Shown in pieces: positions 12,218 through 23,364 of a stretch of DNA of 64,000 nt. The position numbers and the translations under genes were made by a program. This DNA is from Blepharisma stoltei ATCC 30299 (Eukaryota > Protista > Ciliophora), in contig CBFDEM010000008.1 in NCBI GenBank assembly GCA_965603825.1, positions 62,001 through 126,000 on the forward strand. The letters run 5' to 3'. The number at the start of each line of letters is the position of its first letter. The first letter of the stretch is position 1. A model generated the notes under the pieces. It was not told where the DNA came from. It worked only from the letters and a program-made list of their open reading frames with translations, and did no database searches.

Positions 12218-13459
12218 TTATTTAAGCATTTTAAGAGACCCTAGCAAAAAGTTTTTCGACTGTAAATACCCAGGAGATAGGAGTTTCAGCTGTTGGTGAG
12301 GCTCGTCAACTTCTACAACATGGACGACTCCACAGATGGAGGATCTTAAGACGTCTGTGTCTGTTAAAACTCCCATGACTGAGTTTCATAATGCTTCTTG
12401 TGTAGGAGCGACCTGTGAAACCAATAAGCCTTCACCTTGAGGAAGAGCGCCATAAGTTAAAGCAGACTGTGGGGTTGACGGAACACTAATTTTAAATACC
12501 TTAATTTCTGCAAAAGTTAGTGTAATTTGATGAATCTGATGTTTTGAAAAATAAGAATTCAGCGCATGCAGCTGCAGTCTGTTCTTATACTCGTTTTCTA
12601 AAGGTACAACCCCACCTGATTTTCCAAGCCGCATTGGTTCAAGTCCTCTATGCTGAAGGGAAGATACAAGTCTTTCTTGGTCTATCACAAGCACAATGTC
12701 AGTTTGAAATTTATCAATCACAAAATTAATTATGTTTTCACATAAATTAAGATCTAAAAACCCTGGGAAGTTTATAATGCATCCACTTGCATAGGCATTG
12801 TTTCTAGGAGCATAAGAATCTTTATGGTTCTCTTTAGAATACTGCAGCTCATTCTCTATTCTTGTTTTTACTTGGCTTAGCAGCTCCCCTAATAGTGATT
12901 TAAACAGTTCTGTATTGTGTGACTGGATTGACGTATGCCCATAAAAATAAGCCAAAACTGGATCCCATGTGTTCTGATAGTAAGAAGCTGCAGAAATACA
13001 CCCAGGAAGATACATATCGTTATTTGTGACATCAAGTTCCACAAAAAGCGGCCTCCAGCCACATTTATTAGCATAATTTAATAAAATCTTGCAGAGACTT
13101 GATTTTCCACAGCAGCTTCCTCCGACAACCAAAATTTTGGGACCGACACGTCGATCTCGGCAGGCTTCATAGCGGAGACGGTTTATTTGGCCGTGAGCAA
13201 GCAGATAATCAGGCATTGGGGTTTCTGTAGTACTTGTGTAGACGTTAAGAAAGGTTCCTGCGACTTTTAGCTTGCAGCCATGCCATGTAAAGATTGCAAA
13301 TCGGTTTGGGCCTGAAAAATTTCTCCATGTGCCTGCTGGAAGTTCTTCACCAAAGCGCTCAGCTCTGCCGATTTCGAGTAAAATGCTGAGGACCTGTTCA
13401 AAACCTATTTCTATACGAAGTTCTTGTCCGACTTGAAGATCATATTCTCTTTCTTCCAT
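12218..13459 (-). CDS. CLP1: Clp1 family polynucleotide 5'-kinase / mRNA cleavage factor subunit, motifs degenerate
   Basis: N-terminal ELRIE..G.AE.FG.EL, AIFTWHGC and ETPM. P-loop GGSCCGKSSLCKILLNYA and KSGGVV. Reads through TGA 12386 to TAA 12218. Confidence 0.9.
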
Positions 13460-13609
13460 TTTATGAGAAATTAGGTACAAATAAGCAATTTCTAATGAGA
13501 GGCTTATCTTTAAATAATATCTGCTGCGATTATTCCTATAATCATTAAAATTATTGAATTTTGGATTTTCTTTTTAATAGCTAAAAAACGTATATAAGTT
13601 TTATAAACT

Positions 13610-14899
13610 ATGCTTTTAAAAATTATTTTTGCGATATCATGCACTTCTCTTGCTACTTCTAGCTCGACATCAGCAGACCAAAATGCTCAGCTTTTCAAAT
13701 CATCTTTAAATCAAGCACCAATTTTCGTACAAGGAACACTAGAGATATCACTTAATTCTCAAGCATCAATCGAATCTCAAAACTCCCCAGAGTCTTCACT
13801 GTCTTTTCTGCAACAAGATGAAGCTTCTTCAGAGTCTTCTTCAGAAACTTCGACAGAGTCTTCTTCAGAATCCTCAACAGATGAGACAAACCCTTTGGAT
13901 CGTGACACAGATGACCATCAGCTCCCGGAAGACTCAGACGATGGCGGTGACGAGTACTCTGGTGGTGACACAGACTATATTCTTGCTACTAGTTTTACTG
14001 ATAATGAAGAAGGGACTGGAAAAGTCTGGTTAATTCCAATGAAATCTGAAGAAGATTCTTCATATGAAATTTTAGGAGGCCTCGAAAAGCCTGTAGGAGT
14101 TTGCTTTGATATCAATAACAATTTTATGTATGTAGCCGATGCTGGTTTTGGAAGTGATACTGGGTATATATACCAATACGAAATTTCTTGGGATGAGGAA
14201 AACAGCTTTTCTTTGTCAAGAAATATATATGCAGTTGTATATGAAGGGGAGTCACCATATGATTGCAAGGTTGATATATATGGAAATTTATATTTTGTAG
14301 ACTCAGTTACCAACCAAATAAACGCAATCAGCTATACAGACCTTTATTCAGGCTCCAAAAACCAACAATACACCTTATACCAAGCAGACGAGACTAATAC
14401 CGATATTAGTGCCCCATGCTCTTTAGATCTATACAAAAGTGAAGGGATTTATTTTGTGAATAATGAAAATTTTGATACCTCAGGGACTGTGAATTATGCA
14501 ATAATCAACTCGACCTCAATTAATTATAATGATATCCAGCAGTGCGCAATTCATGACGTAGCACCTTGGGGTGTTACGTATAGTGAAGATGATAAGGTTT
14601 TCTATTCATTAGATAGCGGAGAAGTCCAGGGGTTTGATATAGAAAATGCAGCCAACTCGTTTGTAAAGGTAAGCAAACTTAGTGAGCCTAGAGGACTTTG
14701 CTATGGAGATGGGAAAGTCTATATTGCAGATCACTATGATGGGAAAATATATAAGGTGAGTGATAGCGATGAAGAAGAAACGCCAAGTGTTATTATTAAC
14801 TTGCAAGGGGTTTATGCAGTGTTTTGTGTGAATGAAGGAGATTTTGCAAGAGCGATAGTGGTAGTTTGGGTAGCATTAATTAGTTATCTAATAATATAA
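13610..14899 (+). CDS. Secreted/surface acidic beta-propeller protein (NHL/YWTD-like repeats) with hydrophobic C-terminus
   Basis: Signal peptide and Ser/Glu-rich linker. Repeats LEKPVGVCFD..NNFMYVAD, VDIYGNLYFVD and LSEPRGLC..DGKVYIAD. C-terminal hydrophobic (GPI/TM) tail. Confidence 0.78.
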   Translation: MLLKIIFAISCTSLATSSSTSADQNAQLFKSSLNQAPIFVQGTLEISLNSQASIESQNSPESSLSFLQQDEASSESSSETSTESSSESSTDETNPLDRDTDDHQLPEDSDDGGDEYSGGDTDYILATSFTDNEEGTGKVWLIPMKSEEDSSYEILGGLEKPVGVCFDINNNFMYVADAGFGSDTGYIYQYEISWDEENSFSLSRNIYAVVYEGESPYDCKVDIYGNLYFVDSVTNQINAISYTDLYSGSKNQQYTLYQADETNTDISAPCSLDLYKSEGIYFVNNENFDTSGTVNYAIINSTSINYNDIQQCAIHDVAPWGVTYSEDDKVFYSLDSGEVQGFDIENAANSFVKVSKLSEPRGLCYGDGKVYIADHYDGKIYKVSDSDEEETPSVIINLQGVYAVFCVNEGDFARAIVVVWVALISYLII

Positions 14900-14985
14900 A
14901 TGTGCGATGAATTAAATATCTATAATTCTACTGTAGGTATATATAAAAATATGTTTTTATGTGTTATCATTGTAAGCAATCATGC

Positions 14986-16236
14986 CTAAAAGGCTGTTAT
15001 AATGAAAATTATAAAAATTTTCACAACTGCATTATAAGCAGAAGAAAGTGTGCCAGAAGGCTTCAAAGTGTATCCAGACTCTGTGCTGCTTGATGAGCCA
15101 TTAGAAGACGAGCTACTCCCAGATGAGCTACCCCCAGATGAGCTACTTCCAGACGAGCTACTTCCAGATGAGCTACTCCCTGACGAGCTACTCCCAGACG
15201 AGCTACTCCCAGAACTTGAGCTCCCAGACGAGCTATTGGTAGTATTTGTACTAGACGAGCACTCAGGCAAAAATCGATTGCTGCCAGAGCTCCCTGATGT
15301 CGTGCTATTAGTAGAATTGTTTGTTGAAGTGCTTGTTTCGTTAGCTGAAGAAGTTGTATTGTTTGAGGTCTCTGTGCTATTTGCAGATGATGTTTGGTTC
15401 GTTGTAGAAGTGCTGTTTGTTGATGTAGATGTTGAACTTGTCGTGCATGTGCTGTTGGTGCTACCAGAGCTAGACCCTGATGAAGTGCTATTAGTAGAGT
15501 TTGAGGACCCACTTGAGCTTGAACCACTACTTGAGGACCCACTAGAGCTTGAACTACTGCCTGAAGAGCCGCTAGATGAAGATCCGCTTGAAGATCCACT
15601 TGAACCACCACTTGACGATCCGCTAGAGCTTGATCCACTAGACCCACTTGATGAAGATCCACTGCTTGAGGATCCACTGCTAGAAGATCCACTAGAACTT
15701 GACCCACTAGATCCAGAGCTTCCAGGAGCCACAGTATCAGCTTTTAATGTGAAGCTTGTGGTACCTTTTCCAGAGTGCATTTTAATATCCCCACTATAAG
15801 GCCCATTGCAATAAATCAAGCCGTAACTCTTCCCTCCTACTAAGTCTATATGATGTGAAACCCCACCAGCGCTTAAATTTCGTGTCCACTGATATACTGT
15901 ATTTGTGCCATTCACAAAGGAAGTAATCCCAGTCAGAGAAAAAGTGTCTGTAGGTGTGTAATAGTCTCCTGAACAAGTTCGGCTTTCAACTGCTGGCGAA
16001 TTTGTTATAATTGCTACGCAGTCAGAGTTTTTCATCTTTGCATTGCCTGATGCAAATCCTAAGCCGAAGTATCCTCAATTTTTGCTTGTTTTCAAAGATG
16101 TGGGGAAAATCAAGTAGAATGTAACAGTTGTGGATGAAGGGAAATACCACCCAAGTGAAATGCCATTTGTTAATGATTTTGTGGTAAAGCCGAAGCATAG
16201 TGTACTTAAAGTAAGTAATAAAATCTTGAAACTCAT
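14986..16236 (-). CDS. DOMON-domain surface protein with Ser/Gly/Thr-rich stalk and probable GPI signal
   Basis: Signal peptide MSFKILLLTL. DOMON motif N(TGA=W)GYFGLGF...MKNSD, then WTRNL and a terminal His. Long GSSSS repeats and a hydrophobic C-terminus. Confidence 0.8.
15085..15725. repeat. Low-complexity 15-nt coding repeats (GSSSS pentapeptides)
   Basis: Tandem gagctactcccagac-like and gatccactagagctt-like units within the DOMON gene. Confidence 0.85.
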
Positions 16237-16573
16237 TGTTTTTTTATAAAGATGGAATGCCAATTTTTAAGGCTCATAAGAATAAAAAAATTGAAGCTCT
16301 GCAAGCGAAAATGAAAATTCGTTTCTTAGATTTCAGTATAAATGGAAATTAATTACTATTAAAATGATAATAAATTTGTTTTTCTCCAAATCTGGAGCAC
16401 TTTTTGAGACATGGTAGTTCCATTTATGTCTATAAGTACTGGATAAAATACTGGATAAGCAAATAAGATCTTGGAAAAGAATTTTTTAATTTACATCCTA
16501 TAACATTTACAATAGAAAATATCCATAGACTGAAGAAATATTTAAAAGCTTGAATTTTACATATTATTTCATT

Positions 16574-18904
16574 TTATTGGCTTTCCAGTTCAGAAATCAA
16601 ATCTTTTAGCTTTTTCAGCATGCTCTCTTGTGTTCTTTCCATTTCTAATAGCATATTGCTTGCACCTTCTAAGTTTCTTTCAGCAATCTCTTCACTTTCA
16701 TTTAATCCATGCAAAATGCTCCTAAGGTCACCAGTTTCTGACTCAATCCTACTATTATCCCTCGAAAAATGTGCTGAATCGTCATGAATTTCAAAATTTT
16801 TTGAATCCTGTCCTATTTTTAGTCTCTCATTCAGTGATTTTACCTTAAAATTTGTAGGTGAAAATACAATTGACGAAACAATAGGTGTGCTAGAAGTGCT
16901 GAACGTAAAAGGTGAGCTTGCATTATGCTGTAAAATGGTATCCAGGGATGGCGGCTTACTCCTTGGAGTACTATCCAGCTCCAATCTTTTGCTTGCAATT
17001 TTTCCTAAATGATCTTTATCATGAAAAGGCCCATCAGAAGCCTGGGTTTCCCCAATTTTTGACAAAATTAATTTATCTTCACTATCACTATGTGGTTTAG
17101 TTTTTTTCTTTTTTTTGACAATAAAAGAGTCATCAGATTCAGAATTTAAGACACTATCAATGGCATCTTTATATTTAGTTTCCCTTACGTCTGCTGTAGC
17201 TTTAACTTCTTTGGCGATATTTGTGAACTCTTTCATAAAATTCATTAAATCTCTTTTTGAGAGAACTAAAAAATTTCCTGTTTGTGAGGCTACTTGTGCA
17301 GTATAGCTTCTAAGCTTGTTGTTTAGGACGTCAACTTCTCCGAAGTATGAGCCCTGTGAATATGTTTTAAAAACGATGCCATTTTTCTTGAAATTGACTC
17401 TTCCTTTTACCAAAAAATATATTTCTTCAGCATAATCGTCATCTTTAAACAAAATTTCTCCGCTCTGCATATGTACATTTTTCAACTTTGGCACGATAAG
17501 TGATATAAACTGTGGGTCTTTATCTTGAAAAAATGCAATTTTTTCAACGATTCTTTTATGCATATGGATAGAAATTTCTCGTCGTAAAGATGCAGGCAGC
17601 TCTTTAAGCAGCGCGTCTTTGTCGAACCATGTGTATACGTTTTCTTGGTGGTTATGAATAATATGTTTTCTTATTTTGACTCTGAGTTCTTCAGGAAGTT
17701 TTGTAAATTTCGCAAATTCAGCGAGAGCTGACAGCCTATTTTTCAGGTTGGTCGACCTGATATCTAAAGTCGCCATAATGGTAGATAAGTTACTAACTGT
17801 ATATGAATAAAACCCAACCCCAATGCCCATAAGGACTAAAGCGAAAATTCTTTCCCCAGATGTTAATGGGACTATATCCCCAAAACCTACAGTCGCTATA
17901 GTTTGGGCGACATAATAAATAGAGGTTAAATACAGCTCTCCTTTAGAGTCATCTAAAAAACCATAGCGGTATACCCATGTATTATAAGAAAAATCGTCAA
18001 CTCTTGCTATATAATATCATAGACAGCTTACTATATGTATAACAATCAGCATGATAAATATAAATTTTATCATTCTCAGCAGCCCTGTGGTCACGCGCAA
18101 GGTGTTTATTAAAGTTGTGATAAATTCGCTGTTTTTAGCCCATTTAAATACTTTGAAAAGGCGGGATACACGGACAAGTCTATACATTCTTAATAGTCTG
18201 AGGACTCTAGCAAGCCGTTGGAAGCCGTAGTTTTTATTTCCATCTGCGTTAAAATTATTCATAAGGTTAGGGAAAGGTATACAAGCAATAAGGTCAATTA
18301 AAAATCAGGTTGTTAAATACCGCTTGGCTATTGATTTTCTATTTGTTATTATTTTTCCTTCGTCATCTACATAAGCAGTATTAAAGTTAATGATAATATC
18401 AATAATAAACAGTCCATCAATAGTCAAGTCTATAGATAGTCACATATAATTGTCATCTAAATAACAAACCTCATAAGGCACTACTGTGGCTGTTCAGATC
18501 AATAAAAATGCTATCACAAGTGACCAATATTTTTTAAATGAAGAATTTGGCAAAAGTATCCATTTATGTACAATTTCTTCTTCATCTTCTTCAAAACTTT
18601 CTTTCCAAGCTATGGTGCTTGCATAATGGTTCCTTGATCCTCCATAAATTTGAATATCTCGCCAGACCTTTATTAGCCTTGCAACTGTTTTTCCTTTGCA
18701 TTTTGCTCTGCGTCACAAATAAGCGATTCTTTGTGGAGATGGATCATGTGAAGGCTGGGTGACTGATTGCTTGCCTGTTCTAAGGACCATGATTTCTTGT
18801 ATGAGGTCTTCTTGGTTATAGCTTTGGTCATTAGAAATATTCATAGAAGAATTAAGCGGAGTTTTCTCATTTACAATGTCAATACGAGAACTGTGTAAAG
18901 CCAT
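16574..18904 (-). CDS. Voltage-gated K+ channel with cyclic-nucleotide-binding domain (KCNH/CNG-like)
   Basis: IAKRYLTT(TGA=W)FLIDLIACIP, S4 RLARVLRLLRMYRLVRVSR, pore TIATVGFGDIVP, C-linker LLKELPASLR and cNMP domain GSYFGE...RSYTA. Confidence 0.92.
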
Positions 18905-18957
18905 TTTTATATTAATATATAAAAATAAGTAGACTAATATAAATTAAGAAAAATATT

Positions 18958-21900
18958 TTATGATCTATTTGCTTCTATTGCTGACAAATTAACCACATTA
19001 CTTGACGCAAATCTTTGCCTTCTATAAAACAGAATATAAGCCTTACTCGTCACAATTTCATTCTCTATATCTCCTGTGACCTCAAAAACCAAGTTATCAT
19101 CATAATAAAGCCACCGTTTCTCATTTTCTGTATTTAAACAAAAACAAGTATAATGCCCAGCTTCCACGCTTCCAGTATGATTAACAACTGCATATAAATC
19201 ATACATATAATTTTCCTTTGCAGTAGAAACGGTTACTCCTGCTTTATTTTCAGTAATTGACATTATGGATGATAAGTCAAGATAAGTGAGAGGGAAGGTC
19301 ACTAAATTTGTAAGCTTTTTGAACCGTCTGCCGTTAAAGCTGAAGCGCTTGAGGTGGATAATTAAAATGTCTGGGACTCTTCAGATCTCGGTTTGGGACT
19401 GCTTTTTGTCGAAATTGCATTTTTCACATTTGGCTTCAAGAGTTTCGGTTTCTGTGAATTTTTCAAGGCATTGATAAATTGTTAAAGCAGCGAGGTCCTC
19501 GATTTCTTTTGCAATAGTGAATTTATAAAGCTCAGGATTTCTCCAAAAAATACATATAAAAACTCCCCTCTGGTTCTGTTCAAGCCATTTCAATTTTCCA
19601 TTATTTTTCGGAAATTCGCATCCCTGGCAATTTTCCTTTGAGCATAAAGCACATTTCATATCTTTTGTGAACAAATAAATCGACAAATTTGAAGATTTTG
19701 GAGTAAAATACGTCCTTATTGTAACTTCTTTGCAGAGAGTTTCTATTTGGTCTCTTAGATCTCTCCACGTATACCAATTTCCAATAGAAATCACTTGTGG
19801 AATCCCAAAAAAGTCATAGGCAAGTATAGCTTTTCTTGAATGCAGCATTAGGAGATGAACCATTTTATTGTTATTTGTGGTGTGGCTTCTTAAAGGTGAT
19901 AAAGATTCGTCATATCTAGAAAAGCTTGCAACGCTAGGAATTTCAGTATTTAATACAATTTCTACATTCATACCTCGAATATCAGAGATTTGGCCTTCAA
20001 TTCAGCCGAATTCTGCTGAATTTACGTCAACTTGTTGGCCTCTTACTAATTGCTGCCTTCATGTTACTGGGGCTTCTCTTTGTAGAGTAAATCTGCCAGC
20101 GTTTTCAGCTTGTTCTATATCTCAGACTACTTCAAAAGCGTAGATTTCAGAATCTTCAGTTGCAAAACACTCTTGAAGGGATTTTGGGAAAAATAGTTCG
20201 TAAGAAAAGCAGTGGTTTACGTGAGCAAATAAGAAATTTTGATGAGAAATTCCACTAAATGTTTGCAGTTTTTCAAAAAAATCTTGAATTTCGCTGTTTT
20301 TTTTTAGTTTTATAGAAAATCTTACAATAGGGTTAGGTGATTTTGAAACTATTACGATTTTTAATGGGACTTCAGATTGTTCATTTGGTAAAGGAATGCT
20401 TAAATCCATAAACATTTCAAATAGAGTTGTTATATTTTCACATTTCTCACATTTTAGCACATTTCGAGTTTGCCCTCCACAAAGGTCTGATATAACAGAA
20501 CCTCTATATCCTTGCAATAATTCTCATTGTTCTTGGCTTACTTTTTTTTCTTCTTCTAAAGTTGGGTTATTTAATGAAAGTATTTGTGACTGTTCAGCAT
20601 TTTCAGTCCTTCTGTTTAAATCTTCATGTAAACTGTCTAGCAAAATTCTTAAAAATTCATGACTATCATGTTGCTCATAGCCTTGAAATTCTGGGTAAAT
20701 TTGAGAGAAAGTATTTAAAAAGGAGATTGGACGATAAGAAGGTTCAGTCCCGTTAAGAATTTCTTGGAGAATTAATTGGAGCTCAGCAGAAATCTTACCT
20801 TTTGAGCCGTTTGGGTTTTTAAGATTTATATGCTTTATGTGAGCTTGTGAAGAGAAAAAATGGTTAAGTAATGGAGTGTATCTAATAGCTTGCAAAATAG
20901 AGTTCATAAAGCAAGTGTTTCCTATATTATTAAGCCCTGCTGCACCTTTAATTGCATTGTTGTCCACTTGAATTCTATTAGGCTTCCTAATTCTGCATTT
21001 TTCACAATGCGGGATAGATACAGATTTTTTCATCCACCCAGCGCCTATTATATACTCATCATTTTTTATTTCATTTAAAGTCCCAGACATCCAATATCCA
21101 TGATCATAATACTCTACAGGATCCCCTATTGAAAATTCATTGTCATCTTCTTCAAAAAGTGTTGAATTTCTGATTTCTCCTAGTTCAAGCACACATTGAC
21201 TTATAGAAGGAAGCGTAATATCTTCAATTCTCCATTGAGGATTTAGCAGTTGTCGTGCTTCTCCATCAATAAGGATTAAACTCATATTATCTTCAATGAA
21301 ATTTGCTTTAAAAATATCCAAAACATCCCTAATTGTTTTCTTTTTTGATATAGCAATATAATTTGGTTTTTTATTTATTGATAATCCAGCTTTTTTTACA
21401 GTGACTTTAAAAATTTGTGGATACAGCTCAATTTCTAAATTTTCGTAATTTGATATAACTTCTCTATTAAACTCAGGGCCACCGCCATATCAGCTTAGCA
21501 GCTCTTTCCAAGCAGGATTTGGAATTACTTTAAAATGCTCACCTCTTAATTCGTCTAATAATTTCAGCTCACAATTTGGGTCTTGTAAATCATAATTGTC
21601 AATTTCAATAGGCCTTGACCCTTGGACAACACTTTTTGACCTTATCATTCTTAGACTTGGGATTTTTTCTAGTTCTTGCTCATTATGGTCCTCACAAGAA
21701 AAATTCACATACTTTTTCCAAGCATCAAGCCACCTGCTGGAAATCACATTCCAAATATCCCCTTCTTTAAGCCCATTTTTTTCTGCTTCTGCAAATAGTG
21801 TTTTAATTACCTCCCTTTCACTTATAGGTGATGGAATAATTTCAAAAGGCTGCAATATTAAATGTAGTTCTAAATTCTCAAGTGCCCAAGTCCTGAATTC

Positions 21901-22407
21901 TTGAAATCCTAATAATTTTTTTTGATTTATACAATTTTCAAATAAATTTTCATTATTTTTACTAAAATCAATATCTTCCCTTAGGAAATTTTCGCAATAA
22001 TTTTGAAGCAGTTTTATTTCTTCAGTGTCTAATTTTTCTGTATTTTTTAAGTCAAAAGTTTTGAATAAAAACTTGCATTTTTCGTCTCTGTGACCTACAA
22101 AGTATTGTGACACGGTCAAGCATAAGTTATATCAGGAGATGTAACCGAAAGAGTCTATATCGAAGATTTTAAATGATGATTTAATGATTTCTTCTGGCAG
22201 GTCTTTGAGGAGTGGTAGGAGTTTTTTGAAGCCTTTTAGGTCTATTCCGGAATCGGTTTGGGCTTCTCTGAATTTTGATTTTAGAAGTTCAAGTTGTGCG
22301 GATCCGAGCCGATCAAGCTTGGTGTTATATTCAATTATATTTGTCTTTTTTGGGACTACAGTAGATTTTTCTCTTGCTTTTGATTTGCTGCCGATGCATG
22401 AACCCAT
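18958..22407 (-). CDS. Ubiquitin-specific protease (USP32/USP15-like): EF-hands, DUSP and USP domains
   Basis: MGSC myristoylation start. EF-hand-like FKIFDIDSFG and FKTFDLKNT. DUSP ends LS(TGA=W)YGGGP. Cys box GLNNIGNTCFMNS, QHDSHEFL, EI(TGA=W)RVPDILIIHLKRF and His box YAVVNHTG...GHYT. Confidence 0.92.
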
Positions 22408-23364
22408 TATAAAGAAATCCTTTAGATAATAGATACTTAAATAATATTTTTTATTTATAATTTGGGTTAATAATATGTTTGAAATTTTTTATTTTGCGAA
22501 AGCTTATTAGGCTTTATGATTTTCTTTTCTTTATGTAGCACAAAAATTATAAATTTGACCGATTTTCTTGTCGGCAATAATGAAAAGGAGTGTCGGGTTT
22601 GAAAACGATTTTTGGATCCAAATTTATGAATTCAGACAAGGACATAAGGTATACGCAAGAGCATTTGTCATTATTGTGGGACTGGAAATTAATATAAGAT
22701 GCATGCTATATATAAGGAGGACAAGACAAAAATTATTGATTTTTTAATTGAAATAATGGAGGAAGATTTTAGTAGAGTAAGTTTTAATAGAAGCAGTGTT
22801 GCATATCTGAAATTTGAGACGATGTATAAGAAAAATTATAACTCAGATTGAAATCATAATTCGAAATTTATTAAGAAATTTATTAGGTTAAGACAAATTA
22901 ATAATCAATTCATCTAATAATTATGGGTATAATTATAAGTTTAAGTCCGAAATAAGACAAGTTCTCTGAGCATAGGGCGTACTAGACGAAAATATTAATA
23001 TACTCTGCCTATTTATTTTATGTTAGTGTCTTAGTAATATTCACCCCACAAATTTATAAAATATACATTTTTAAATGCATTGAAAAGTATTGCTTCTAAA
23101 GAGCATTCTAAAGCATCACTCATAAAGTGAATTCCAAAGGAACTACCTCTAAAGTGTACTTAAGAGCATTACCTTTATATCTGCTGATATTGCATCTGTG
23201 TTCCAGTTCTTTTCTAATGTGTATTTAAGAGCATTACCTTATGTCCTAAAAAAAATTTATAGATATTGCTTTAGATTTCAATACTCTTAAGCACCACCTA
23301 TCTACTCCTATTAATCGAATTTTCACTTTTCCCATCAAATACCTCCTGCATTTTTCTTTGACGC

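Noticed and set aside
15050-15799. 249-aa Leu/Glu/Asp/Pro ORF on the + strand, and the 214-aa alternative minus frame at 15063-15707
   Set aside because: These are shadow frames of the GSSSS repeats in the DOMON gene; the repeats simply lack stop codons.
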